A DNA stretch of 64,000 nt from Balanoglossus misakiensis (taxonomy: Eukaryota > Animalia > Hemichordata): contig CM082578.2 in NCBI GenBank assembly GCA_040954595.2, positions 7,301,519 through 7,365,518 of the forward strand, written 5' to 3'. Of the stretch, positions 34,522-48,607 are shown piece after piece (positions within the stretch are counted from its first letter, which is position 1; each line of letters begins with the position of its first letter). The translations under genes and the position numbers were made by a program. A model generated the notes under the pieces. It was not told the DNA's origin. It did no database searches and saw nothing but the letters and a program-made list of their open reading frames with translations.

Positions 34522-37500
34522 GGACAAAGAGAGATTGTAACACCTGAGCCAAGTTCTTTTCCTTTTTTTCCATGTTTATCGCAGATCTATGATGGAGGAA
34601 AATTCATTCAACGGTATTGCAACAAGATATTCAGTATTTATAAGTCAATGTCTTCCGTTGTCAGAGTTGAATTCCGTGTTCGACGGAGCAACAACTACAA
34701 CGCGTCCGGCTTTAAATTTCTTTACAGCTTTCTCCAGGAAGATTTTTATGCCAACAGAAATTCGGTGAACGGTAAGTTGCGTATCGGTCACTAAAGCTAA
34801 CAATACTGTCGGTGAAATGTTCGGTACAGTTTATGTTTTAGGGAGGTAGCGTTGCCATTCATACTGTAGTTAGCTTGGCCTTGCTAAAACATTGTTGAAT
34901 TTCTGGGTTTTTAGACATGCGCTGTTCACCCGTTTCGATTTGAACTCCTAGTTTCTTGTGATTTCTGACACATGGCATAGAGGGCGCCTAAAGTGCAACC
35001 ATTGTTTTGTTGCACGGTTGGTTGTTTAAGATGCATTGCTCCATATGTATGAGCGTGGAACTGCAATTTAATTATCAATATATAATATTATTCCAGGATT
35101 ATTTCAAACTATCGTATTTCAGATTTGGTGATGATGATAACAGCGAAAATCAACAAAAATAAAAAAATACATGTAAATACAATTTCTCACTAAAGAATGA
35201 CAGAATTATTTATCATTAAACCAACGATTTACCGATTTTGCATGCAGGTTACATAGATATGTACAGAAATCCAGTGGGAGTTATACAACAGTCGTTCGGT
35301 GACGATGAATTCAGTGGACCCAATGCGTACATATGGACGATAAAGGCTCTGAGTGGACACCAGCTCCGATTGTTGATTACCAGCTTTCCCCAGCAAAATG
35401 AACATTTAGGCAAGTGGGGACTCCATGCTTTGGCGTGATAGTAAATCGAATGATATGAAAGGATGTCATCTATCGAGAAGGGGTGGAGAATGGACATGTC
35501 ATCGGATGTGTAAGCTTAATAGATCGCCAAATGAACTCGCCAAATGAACTAATGAACATAGCCTGAAATAATGTAATGTCACAAAATAGATGTGTGTGTG
35601 TCTGTGTGTCCGTCCGTCCGTCCGTCTGAATGAATGAATGAATGAATATTTTGACACGCCTTTTTCGCCTACAGAGGGCAGCATGAATTTCAGCACATGG
35701 ATGAACACCTCCCTGAGCATTCGGGACGGTTTACTTTCCGTATCAAGTCTTCTGTACGCGTGGGACGGCAGCACGGAAGTATACCGAGTAGACTCCACAT
35801 CAGGCGGTCTGTATCTCAAGTTGACCACCAACAACGTGAAGAAATCAGTCTTCACTGCCAAGTATACATCTATCCTGCGCCGAGAAGGTAAAACCGACCG
35901 CTTATTTACGAAATAAATGTTTAAGTTAGATAGATGACTTCCCACTGATGCAATGCGTGGTTATCACAATCCATAGCCTGTTTATGTTGTGTTGAGAAAA
36001 CACTTGCAATTATTAAATGATATAAAGAAACCACTGTGTCATCGCGCTTGATGTTTTGATAGAGCTCTACAGATATTTTTCCATTGGAAAACTATAACAT
36101 TAGCAGTGCGAGAAAAGTGCTGACTCAGCATTTCCCACAATCTTTAGGACCCCTTACTGGACTCGGAGGCAAACCGCACTAACTGTTTGCCAATCCATGC
36201 ATGTTTCTGAACGTGTGCTTGCTCTTATTACAGGTTGCTCCGGTGGTTACCACGTTTGCCAAGAAGGGGACCGCTGTCTCAGCCAAACGGCGCTTTGTGA
36301 AGACGGCAGGTTCTGCGAGGATCCCGACGTTGCGGGCGCCCTGAAGTGCGGAAGTGCAAACACAGGTATCCCCTTTTATTTTCCATATTTGGGTTCTGCC
36401 AAGGTCGAGGACGTCGAAGAGCGACCGACCTTGACTTTTAACGTAGTGGTGTATAGGTATCACGGGGTAATATTGGCAGAAAGTGCGCTCTTGGTCCAAT
36501 TTGTGCACAGCGCATGGCAAACAGGTCTTAGGTTCTTAGTTTATCTCGAAGGTGGTATATGTAATACATGACGCACCAAAGCTTCGATATATTTCGATAA
36601 CGAAGAATATTATTATCTCACGCAATCAGCCGTCAATTTTATTGAGTAAATCACTCATCTATGTGGTTGGTGTAGTAAATACAAACTCTCTGTGATATCT
36701 GATGGAAGAATGAAAGGTTGACTATAGTGGCCCGCATCCCCGGAGATGTGTAATTGCACTCAGCTAAACTGAAAGTGGACTGAGTAAGTACATGTCCATG
36801 TCATTCCCGGCAGTTGCCCTAAATACATGTATATTGAAAATGTGGTGCGCCATGTACAACCTCCTACTCTGCAATATCGGGAAATATTCATTGATAAGAA
36901 TAATTTGACTGATTCTTCGTTATTTCGCTTTAAGTGTACTGCCGGAAACACGCCGACTGTAACAATGGCGGACGGTGCTACGGGAAAGGAAGCTACTGTT
37001 TCTGCCAACCAGGGTACACTGGCGATTACTGTGAATATAATACGTCTGGTACGTACAATTCTTCCCTGCTGCAAAGAATTGAACAGTTCGAGTAGTGATC
37101 GACATGTTCTTGTACAGATGCAATACAGTTAACATTTCATTTCTTCACTGCGCTTACTCCAGTGAGTTGTCGACCTTTTGCCCAGAATGCAATTGTAATA
37201 ATGTGATGTGACCCCCTAGCACGAAGTAAAAACCTATTTTAACTTGAGGTAACCAGAATTCATGATACCCACAGTACTAGCATTCATCATCGACAGTGAA
37301 AATGCCGTGAACTTAGGGATGCCGCCCGCACTAACCTGTGGGTAGCACTCTCTCAGTGCATAGTTGAACCGGAAAGCGAATTATTCAACAGTGCACTTAA
37401 GCCACCTATGCCTGTAATTCAAAACTGAGTCGAAAATAACAGATTGACGCACGTAGCAGGATGCAACTAGGCCGTGCACGCAGTGGCAATTAACCTCTAT

Positions 37501-38518
37501 ATGAGACAAACTGTATTTTGGACTCTCTTTCTTTAAAACAGAATGTGTGCCCGCCTGTGTAAATGGTGGGACGTGCCACGAAGGACGATGTCTGTGCCAA
37601 GAATCTTACTCAGGATTTAACTGTGATTCCAGTGAGTGCCCAGCAAGGATTATTTCAGCTTCATTTTATTTTCAGTTATGTCTGATTTTGCTTAACACAG
37701 TGGGACAGTTTTTTTTGATAATTCGCAGTCAATGAAGGCTTCTGTGTAGAATTATAGTTATTCCCACTGTGGTATAAAAAACATTTCTTTTGGTGTCGCG
37801 AAAATCTTCTCTTATTGAATCATATTGAATTTGATACCACACGTAAACAGTCTAAGTGTGATATTATCTCCGATTTCAGCTATTATCTACACAAAAGACT
37901 ATTCGTGGATTGGTTTCAGCGTTGGAAGCATAGTGTACATCGTTATTTTATCCACGATATGTATGCTGTTTTTAACGAAGATCAGATGTCCATCAAGACA
38001 GCGGCAGCTTGGCGACGCGAGAACTTTGCAAACAACTGCAGGTATCATACAATCTTCGAACCCATGGTTATTGATTGGGACAGGTTATTATAATAAAGGT
38101 GATGTCGTTGCTTGATGCCGTTTTATCGGAAACGCAATGAAGAACAAAGTTTTAAAGTCTCTCACAGTCATTTGGCTATGGGAAGTCTTTCTATTGAAAG
38201 TTGTCAACGATGAGGCCGACCACCGTGAGAACAAATAGAGAGATTGGGGGAGTGGCCTGGTGCCCGACGTGAGGAAGGGAGGGGGGAGGGTATTTGGATA
38301 TAATATTGAACCTATCGCTGTCGGCTACGTTCGCCGTCGGGTGTCCTAGATACGCGCTCATTTCCGGTGTCGTCTGTATCTTTCCAGCGTCTTCAGCGAT
38401 CATCGAAGAAACGGAAATGACGCCACTACGAGGGGACGACCAGTCACACGCGGACGAGGTTCAACCCTCTGGTACTGATTCTGAATCCAGATTACTCGAA
38501 GAAGACAGTCTGCAGTGA
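33312..38518 (+). CDS. Type I membrane protein SP-CUB-CUB(degenerate)-LDLa(degenerate)-EGFx2-TM (gene B, paralog of gene A)
   Basis: Exons 33312-33387 (SP, donor gtaagt), 34032-34228 and 34585-34771 (CUB1, [13 protein letters not shown]...GFKFLY), 35248-35409 (GC donor) and 35675-35887, 36234-36365 (LDLa-like), 36935-37048 and 37542-37631 (EGF), 37880-38041 (TM), 38388-38518. Extracellular exon phases match gene A. Confidence 0.78.
34467..34520. repeat. (GA)n microsatellite
   Basis: Directly visible. Confidence 0.95.
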
Positions 38519-39673
38519 ACACATTCCTTTTGAATGCACGATTACGGTAGTCTGGAGTCTGGACTCCGATTACAGGGGAGCACATCTGACGTTTACCCTC
38601 GGGCTTTCATAAAAATGATTATATGCGTAATACAGATTTTTCTGTTTCTGTGCCCGGCGTGGAATGAGTTGGTTGCATTTTGACCACAAGCCTACCTCGG
38701 CCCTTCAGAATTGGACCAAATTGTCACATTTCATTTACTGACACATCCCTGTTCAAGTGGATCGTTTATTGAATTTAAGAATTTCAACCACACCACACGT
38801 TATTCAAAGAATCGTGGACCATCTTGTAAATAAAACAGCGTTTATGCATCGTTGCATTACTTTACTGTTTATCCTATTCTGCAGAGAGGCGTTGAATGAA
38901 AAATGACGCCACCAAGAGGGACAGACAGTCGTGTTTCCCAATTTATCCTTTATGTTCTTTGTACAAAGTCTTTCTGTCTCGTGGAAAGTTTTGGTTACCT
39001 TTTGTTGCTAGTGGAGACACAAATAACGGGTGGAAGTAAAGATGCATAAGTGATTATGTATGATGCATAAAATGATGACCACTATCTTGCAATATTTTTG
39101 TATGTATTTTGGTGTTGCGAGGTTTATCTTTCATTCGTTCATTTGAAATAAAACTATATCTGTATATATGTTATATTTGTGTGCAGTGCGTGCATAAAGG
39201 TCAGAAAGAGTGACTTTGTTCTAAGTCCAGTTTGCAATTCTGTGTTTGTTGTTCATATTGTTTGGTTTCTATGCCTACGATACGGACTATCTTCATTATG
39301 ACTGAAACATCTCACTGCGCTCCAGGTTGTGTTCGGATGTTACCATGGCAACATTTCATAAAATGCTTGTTATCTTTATACCGACAATTATGCTTACATT
39401 TTTTGCGAGGAAATGACACCAAGCACTTCGAGTCAACGCTTCAATTGAGGTAATTATGCGTGTACAGTATGTCACGTCTTTCAAAGCAACATCTTTTCTG
39501 TCCTGTTTCAAATGAAAACATTCTTGGAATACATGTATACTACCTTTTTTCTGAAACATATGCAGCAATACTATAGTTTGTGTGTAACTACGTTTTTCTA
39601 TATAGTATGTCAACTCTCAAGTATACTATATTCCATCTCTGCATAGATACATGTACATATACCATCTCTGCAC

Positions 39674-39765
<92 letters not shown>

Positions 39766-39769
39766 TGAT

Positions 39770-39858
<89 letters not shown>
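39674..39858. repeat. (GATA)n microsatellite
   Basis: Directly visible. Confidence 0.97.
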
Positions 39859-42460
39859 CATGACCATAATATTGATGATATCCTCGCCTGCGGCTCGGGC
39901 ATCATCAATATTATGGTCAGAGAGCACCATCCCTCGTGCAGGCGTCAAATCGTGATACAGCCCTCGCTATCATGTGTTATTATTTAAATACATATTATGA
40001 CACATGTATCATATGTCTCACCCAGACTGCCATAAATATTTTGACCTTTTGCATGAAACAAGACAAACCCTTTCATCAGCTAGCCTCAGTTATAACTGTA
40101 AGTGTAGCGACGAATCAAATGTGAAGTTTCACACTGTTGTAAACTGTCGGTGGGGAAAATGGCCACTCACGTCAAAATAGCAAAACAAACATAATAGAGA
40201 ACGTATGACTCTTGACGTGTAAATGTACATAGAAATGATATAACGAACTGTTTGATTATCTCGTGTTGATTCTTGCCCGAGTAGAGATCACAGAGTACAT
40301 GTAATCGCTTGTAGAACCCACATTACTCGGTCGAACGGGTGTATTACGACGTATTAAACACACAATATAGATGTCCGTCTGTATAGGCCCTACCTACACT
40401 GCTCGATACTGTCGCGCTGTTCACATTAATTTTCCGATGAAAAGACATTCAATTTTACTCTCAATGCCCATAAATAACGTTCAATTAATGTATTACAGCT
40501 GTGGCGGTGTTGGCGTGTTCCGCATTAACCGTTGGGAATATTCGAATGCAACCACCCAAAGTGCCCTCATTACTAGTACTGCACACCTGAAATAAACTGT
40601 TCCATTAATGCATGGTCTTTGCCTTAATACACCACAATGTCAGCTGGAGAACATTAAAGGTCGTGCTCTATCACGATGCAATGATATGTCACGACTTTTT
40701 TTTCTACAAAGCTGTACATCGACGCGCACCATATATTTTGTGCTGTACTTCAAGCTATTATTTCTACATACAAATTTTCCGTGAATGCCCGTCTTTTACA
40801 AGTCATAATTTATAACAGACGCGCGTTTCTCAGTGAATTTAAAAAAAGGCTCCGCCAGTATAGCGTAGATGTAACTTATTTGAGTACAATAAAATTTATT
40901 TGCCTTTAATATCGTCTCCAAATATTTGCATTCTTTGAAGGAAAGATACGCCCTAAATTTTTCTTGACAGGCGTTTAATTAACCCCCTGACGAAATGGTT
41001 GAACAATTCGACATTTCTGAATATATTAAGATTTTCGATTGCAAAGTCCACAGACATAAAATAAAAAGTGACACACACCTGATAAAAACTATTTCCGGGA
41101 ATGTAAGGTATTCTGGCAGATATTTTTATTGTCTTTATAGCGATAAAAAAAGACATTACGAACATTCCAACGGCATAATTGAGTACAATGACGATGCTAC
41201 TTTCAATGAATACAGAAAAGAACGGGTCAGAGTTCGCGTCCTCTGAAGGTCGGTATTTACGCACAGTCGCGTCTACGTGGTATACACAGAAACAAAGTGA
41301 ACAGCTGCTTGCGCTTCACGACTCTGTTGGGGTTTCACATCCTATTTACGGCCCGACACCACTTCGACACCCAGCCGCTGAATATTCATACCGTCGACGT
41401 ACGTCCTGTTGGTCATGTACACTTGAAGTACGCTTGGAACCAGTATCACATATACGTTTTAAACCAAGCTCGGAGTTCGCGCCGCAGCGCGCTCTTCGGT
41501 GAGTAAAAAATGTGTGCCTGTCGTCGCCATTGAGTCGATCGATCCAATCAGACAGCCCCGCGTGTACTTCATGTAAATAATCGCCCGAGTGGAATATGTT
41601 TACGTCGCATTGACCTTCCCATTCTATACAATCCAGTGAATCCACTAAATATACCACCCATAAGTTTACTCGGGACTGCACAGTGGTTACGAAAAAAATG
41701 TCTCCAACGTTGTTTTGAGTGTATTATGCTAGTTGACGTGATCACTTTGTCGAGGTCGTGGATAGGTCATAACGTATATCGCGCCCGGCAACTATCACTA
41801 CCTGTGCTTCTAGGTATTATACCGGTTATTACCAGCTTTTCATTGATATCTACCTCGTTATCATGGTTTTAATACCGACCACTCGAGTTGTTGACAGCAC
41901 TCGCCAGTATATGGGAGACCCGTACGCGTGGAGAATGTGCACGTTTAATTTTCTTGAAAGTATATGTTAGCGTCCACTGTGAACTAGGACATGTTTTTTG
42001 CCCATATTCTCATCGCCGAAGTTCCATTTAATTAATTTATACGCAGTTACCTACACATTTCAAAATTGGAGTACACCTTGTGCAACGACACGAGATGCCG
42101 GACAGGGGAATGTAGATTGTGTGGCAATGGTGATTTAGGCGTTGTCAGGTACCCAGAGCCTCGACCGAAGAAGTCCAGTACGAACGACGTTCCCACGTTC
42201 CGCATGCCGGTTCAATCACAATTGGTCCAGTATACAACTGCGCAAACGATAAGAATAGCACAACCCACACAGTCAGTCTGTTCATATTCTTATTTCACAT
42301 AATTTGTGTAGAGTCTGGAAGGGCAAGTAAGGAGGTCACACAGGCATCTTAAACTTATCTCTTTCCGACTTACGTTCGCAGGAATCGAAAAGGCTTTGTT
42401 TTTGTAACGTCTGTTTGTTAAACTTCAAAGTTTCGGAAAACTGGACACTGAATGTAGTCA

Positions 42461-45289
42461 ATGGATCTCTGTGTTTTCGCCATCTGCATAGCTGTGATCT
42501 TTTCCGCGACGGCACTAGAGGCAATAGGTGAGTCGCTTCTCCATTGGCCCTCTATAATCCAGCACCACCATATTAAGAGTACTGGGCCTCTGTGCATAGC
42601 GCAAAACATGTTAGATGTGAACTGAATATATGCTCTCGTGGGGGGAGACCAATACGTGGCACAAAAGTTTTATGTGGGTATGAACCGACCCGACCCGTGC
42701 GGTCTTCGTTTGGTTTAGCTCTTCTCAACAAATTTTGGCGCTCTAAATTATGGACACATATCGTTAGTTAAACCACTGGATTTTTAGGAAAAAAAAATGT
42801 CCGTGCGTTATGACGACCTGTTCACCGCGAAGAAGAAGGTGGTGTGGGATGGATGCAAGTCATTAAAACGGACGTTTCTTGAATGTTGATGAATTTCGAT
42901 GTGGATGCTTTTTAACAGGTGACATTCTGAAGCGAAGTGCGAAAAAGCTTATAGTTCACCCAAACAATTGAGAAAAGGGCAATAAAATGTTTCAAATTCC
43001 TGCGTTGTATAAGCACACACGCATGCTTTTTAAAGTGTCATTGTCTCCAATCTTGCAGGCCACGGCACTGATTGTTGTGAAAACGGCGGAACATACGACC
43101 ATTCATTGAGGCTGTGTTATTGCCCGGATAATTACTGGGGGACCTATTGTCAATTTCGGGGAGGTGAGTTTAGATGAATGCTGAACTAGTTTCTCGGCGG
43201 GGTTGGAAATGTTTTTTATAGTTTACACATTCGGCAAAGTGTCACATGAAAAAAATAATTCTGTTGTGATAGATTCATCATTTCAAGATCACTTCTGAAG
43301 ATTATTGAGGTGGGTCCAAAGAATCGAGCTGCCAATGAATCCGTCATTTTAGCACCAGAAATCGGGTCAACACTAGAACTGTCTATTCTGTTATATACTT
43401 GTTAAAAATATGTTGTTTTCTCACGTTGGCGTTTCGTTTTTTTCTGACAGTGTGTACAAGACTGTGCCAAAATGGCGGTGAGTGCGGGTTGGACGACACT
43501 GGACGATATCGATGCATATGTCAAACCGGTTACTATGGTGACCTATGTGACTCAACTAGTGCCGAAAATTCAACATCACCATCTCAAAGTAAGGTCAAAA
43601 TTCTCCTTGTTTCAAAGAAAGATATTAGGGATGTGTAGAGAGCCCTGTTATTATTACCACAGACTAGGAATGTATGGGCAAATTTTAATAACTTCAGGCA
43701 AACAATAACTCCGTGACGTCACTGTTTGTTGTTGCCTCCATGCAGGTATGCATTAAAGGGGTAAAGTCGCTAACTTTTGACATTGTTTGGATTATTTCTA
43801 TTTCTTTTGATGGGCAATGTATGTTATTCTCACAGACTGCTAACTGAAAAATGCTAAATGACCAGCTAAACCCTCACACTGTACACAGGCATGACATGAT
43901 AATACACCTGCATTATATAAGTGTATTTAATTATTTAAGTCAATTTAATTTAATTAAATCAGTTAAATTTACGTACAGTGTTCGTCTTATCACTGTGTAG
44001 AATGTCATACAGTTGAAGGTTACTTTAGGCCTTCTCAATATTACATTAATTCAAAGAACGTTTAGGACATTGGACTGGAAGATATAAATTCGGGGCAACT
44101 GAACGCAAACAGTACCAGCTATGTGGTTTGACAATTTCAAGAATGTGTTTTACTTTGATGTAATTTACTTTGAGATGAACGAAAAATACCGAGTTCTGAT
44201 AATGATTTTAATGAATCGACAAACGACAACCCGCACAAGCTGATCAAGGTCGCCTATGAATAATTCACACTTAATTATACATTGTGAGTGAGGGTTATGA
44301 CATACCACGCGATAATTAGACCCTGGGGGACTGAACAGAAATTGCTGGTGTACCAGCGTTTTCCCCTCGAAAGTGTGATGCGACGAATTCACCCGCTCCC
44401 TTTGGAGTTCCTGCCTCAAACAAGGAAAACGTGCCATGCTTACCAACGAATCAGAAGGAAATTAATTAACGAGAATTAATGGCCATGTTGTGTTTCAGCT
44501 GCCATACGACAATTTATCTATGCCGTCATATTTTTAATTGGCGAGGTCAGGCAGACCTACAGACTCTGAAGCCGAATGTATTCGTCTTTTGAGATCGTCA
44601 TATAGAAGCCAATAAAACGTTTCCTTGCAATCTTGGCATTATGGAATACACAAATGTTAGAATTGGACTCGGCCATAGACAGTAGAAGTCTGTCCACTAA
44701 ACCGAACTACAAATCTCTCGAATTTATCAAGCAATGGCTGCCCGAGTAACTCTTCAGGAGTTATTGGCTGTCAGTTTCAATAAATAGCGCGTTTCTGCTT
44801 TTTTCTCTCATCGTTACAAGCCTGAAACTGTTTTTATATTTGACAGACATTTCAATAGAGCTGCTGTGTGCAACAGCCTCCACTCCAACCACGCCCTCTA
44901 CGGACGGGAAATGGAGCTTCGACCTGGCGATGATGATCATGTACCTCATCATAGGCGCACTGATCCTGGCCTTCGTCGTTCTGACGATTCACTATAAGCG
45001 CGAGTACAAGCACATCAGGCAGCAGCAAAGACGCTCCCTGAGGCGGCGACTGGACAGCATGCGGGAGAGCTATCTGGCGAGGGAGTGCTGCGATGTGGAG
45101 ACGCCGCCCCAGAGTCCCAGCTTGGTGGCGGCCCCGCCGCTTCTGATGACGACGACGACGGCGACGCGGCTGAAGATGATTTCGCCGGCGATGGCGCCCC
45201 CGTACAGCGAGTCGCCGCCTCCATACGACGCGATCATCATCAGTACTATCATCGAGGAGGACGAAGAAGAGGAAGAGGACGAAACGTGA
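42461..45289 (+). CDS. Small type I membrane protein SP-EGF(atypical)-EGF-TM-PPxY/acidic tail (gene C)
   Basis: Phase-1 exons 42461-42527 (MDLCVFAICIAVIFSATALEA), 43059-43163 (CCENGGTY..CYC..YWGTYC), 43451-43588 (CTRLCQNGGEC..CICQTGYYGDLC), 44847-45289 (TM, APPYSESPPPYDA, poly-E end). Confidence 0.75.
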
Positions 45290-47252
45290 AGGTCTGGCGG
45301 CGAACGTTTGATGTCACTGCCAATGACTTTATTTACATGAATGGCGACAGATGTGCCTATAGTGGATACCCAAGTGCACACGATTATAAAACGTCACGTG
45401 AAAGACCATACCTTCATTCTTTCAAAAGGAGTACTATAGTATATGGCCGTCGCGAAACAGGATCGAGGAAACTTCTGCACAAGGAGAGATGGCTATTTGC
45501 AGACATTATTTACAGTGAGGATTTAAGTGACTCTGTGTCTATTCATTTTGTGCGCATAAAGATTTTTTTTCACTTATTCCCGTTCCTTCAAGAGGCTTTG
45601 AAATGTTTTGCGATTTATAAACCCCACAAAAAGGCCGCTGATTACATGCAGGGAAACCCAACTTGAAAACCATGACAATAGTCTACTCGAATGATCGAGA
45701 GGCGCAAGTAGAACCAATAACTTGAAAATCATTGCGTATGCAAAGCTTGAAACGACTCCCTAGTGTTAAATCATAGAAACGAACGTGTCATAGCCATCGT
45801 TCACGTGGACCTAATTTTCGAACAGCAATTCAGGAGAGCCGCATGCGCATGTCACCGCGCCAGATTCAAAGCAATGGTCACGTACCTGCGCAGAGCACCC
45901 GCTGGGTAGGAACGTATGATCATAGCTACCAGTGAAACGTTGACAAACAAGGCTGAACTTCACAACCAAGTTTCACAGAGACGTTTTGGGGTCTTCCATA
46001 GTTTTGAAAGGGCTTGGCAAGGTGTAGGGAAATATTGGAAAGTATTTGATTCGTCGAGTGTTTTGATTTTCCCGCAAGCACTTACTATAATGGGTCTTGA
46101 AACTCTGCTGTTGCCAGTGCTGTCGATTGAATGTAACAAGTAATGGAGGATAATTTTCATGATGCGAATAAAACGTTCAATGCATATACCAGCAGTTTGA
46201 AATGCAAGTTGCATTCTTGGTTGCCGTGTGTATACGTGTCGTGTGCTGAACTTTCACGTGATCATAGACTGAAATTCACAGGTCCACTCTGTAATCTATT
46301 TGTCGCGTGTGCGTTCATTCCATATGGACATTAGTATTTTCATCCCCATGGTGTTTGGAAACGTCTAGTTGGAGTGGATGGGAATTCGAAATACGGCTCG
46401 CCGGGAGCCACAGGTAGCCTACCCCAAGATACCGATGTTTTCCGAAGTTGTACAAGGACAAATCACTGAAACTTGCACGTGTAATCAATATTTCTTTCAA
46501 TTTAATGAAAACTGACCCTTCTCTGTTCCCCACAAATCGGGTTCAAGGAAGCGATACTTACTTGCATGTTGGAGATAGTGTTTTTCGGGCTTTTAATGCG
46601 TTTTAATGCTTGAGGATGTTCTTTTCCTGGAAAGCCCCACGCTGTACAAGGTTTCGCTGCATAGTCGCCCCGGCACTTCTACCTCTGTTTCAAGGCTGCC
46701 GCGTTGAGGGCAGTGTTGATCTGTCTGTGGACGGCCAATGAAGTTGCTCTACATACATGTATGCATCGATTCCTGCATGCACATATTGGCCCTCGTCACA
46801 TTTCATTACTTCGTTATCATGCATGGTTGTGTCCTCACCATTTAAATGATGTCATGAATCTCTACCTACATTTACATAAAATTATATTTTTGAAGGTTAT
46901 TAATGACTAGTCAAGTAGTCTGCAACCCTGTCACAGGATTGATTGTCCACGTCCATCCTATGTTATGACAATGTTTGTTGACGTGGGCATTTCTAAGGAT
47001 TCACAGTATACCATTGGCGTGGATTTGTTTATTGTCAAAAAAGTTGCAAGACTTTATTTTAAGCGAAGCGTGCAAAAAGTTCAGCCCAAAGTGAAACGGA
47101 AAGATGCGTTTCTTTGGTTTAATCTGCTTGTGGATTTGATTTGTAAACATTAGCTATTAGGGAAGCGAATGAGTCATGCATTATCTCTCCCGTTCCTCTG
47201 TGTTAAACCCGAGAACCACCGTCTTCTTGAAGTATAATTAGAGGCAATTTAA

Positions 47253-47562
47253 GGTTAGTATGCGCCTTGGGACAGAATTTCAGAAAAATGATAATCCCCC
47301 AAAGCTTCCAATTCTTTGGTATATTAAAGCGAGTGGGGAAGGAATATAGCTGTTTACAGTCTTGAAAATCACAACTTTAAATTTTCTCCATAGAATTAAC
47401 ACAGAGATTGGCGGCCATTTGGAATTTGGAATTTTGCTTTTTCATTAAAAATTTTGAATTGGGACCCCCGTTGTTATTCTGAATTTTAAGATAGAATATC
47501 CTTTAGCAAAATATGAGAGAAAGTTGAAGACTTCGATTTTCGAGGCGCACTGTAGGCGTACC
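47253..47562. mobile_element. Probable degraded TTAA-type MITE
   Basis: TTAA|GGTTAGTATGCGCCT at the left end and AGGCGCAC..TACC at the right end; similar tgcgcctcgaaa / aaggcac ends at about 19981-20310. Confidence 0.4.
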
Positions 47563-48607
47563 TTTGAATCTTCTCGTTATCTGCTTTCGCAAATTCAACA
47601 GATGTACCCAATGCTGTTTACCCCGGAAGGTATAGTTTCTGAAAGCATTACCATGCGGTCGGGTCGTGCTTTTCCGTAAAATGCAGTGTGGCAACAGGCG
47701 GCAAATAGTTTGATGTTACCGCAAATGAATTCAGGGCCGTGAAAACAATTTTTCACGATCACACGTGTATGTTTTGGGGTTGTTTGGTTGTCGCGGTCTG
47801 TTTTACTGTCCCGCGCCGCACGTCAGACAGCTGATATAGGCCCTACAGTGTGGTAAGTATCAGTGAATCCTGCATTGAACCCATGCGACTCAGCATGGTG
47901 CTACTTTATTACCAAATTTGGTTTTGCATCTCAAGGATTGCTGACTCGATTTCTACGTAACACATCGACCTCCAGCCTGAGAGTTCAGCGTCAAGCCCTT
48001 TTTAGGTCAGGGTAACCTTCTGTCGCGCCTGCCAGTTTGTGGCCACAACAAATAGGCCGTAGAAATCGAACAGATTCTATTGTCATCTATTGGTAAAGAG
48101 TTTATGAGGGCGCAAATCTCGACCTTTTTACGGCAACAGTTTCTGCGACCGATCTGGCTCAAGGCGCGGACAGTAAGGTAAAACTGCAAAGTCATGTGAG
48201 GTTTGAGAGAAATATAGCAATTGGAAATTATTTCCAAAAGAAAAAAAAAAACCCTGAACAATCAGAAGTTGATAATACGTTTGTGTATACCCATCAGTAA
48301 GTTAACTTAAATTGACAAATCTAAGCTTGAAAGCAAAATGATAATAATAAAGCAAAACAGTGGCAGCTCATGGGGCTTTTACTTTTAAAGTTAATATAAT
48401 TGACTTTGGCCATTATATTGCAACATTTTCGCCACTCGACCCTGCTGTGTAGCACCAGGTCAAAGAACATGAAACTAAACCGGAGCCGAGACTAATTTTA
48501 TCAAATCGTTTGTAACTAAACTAAACGCGAGTAACTCTCTCCATTTTCTCCACCACCAGGTCCTAAGATGCGCAGATCATTGTTTATCGAGCACTGTCAT
48601 AGTCATC

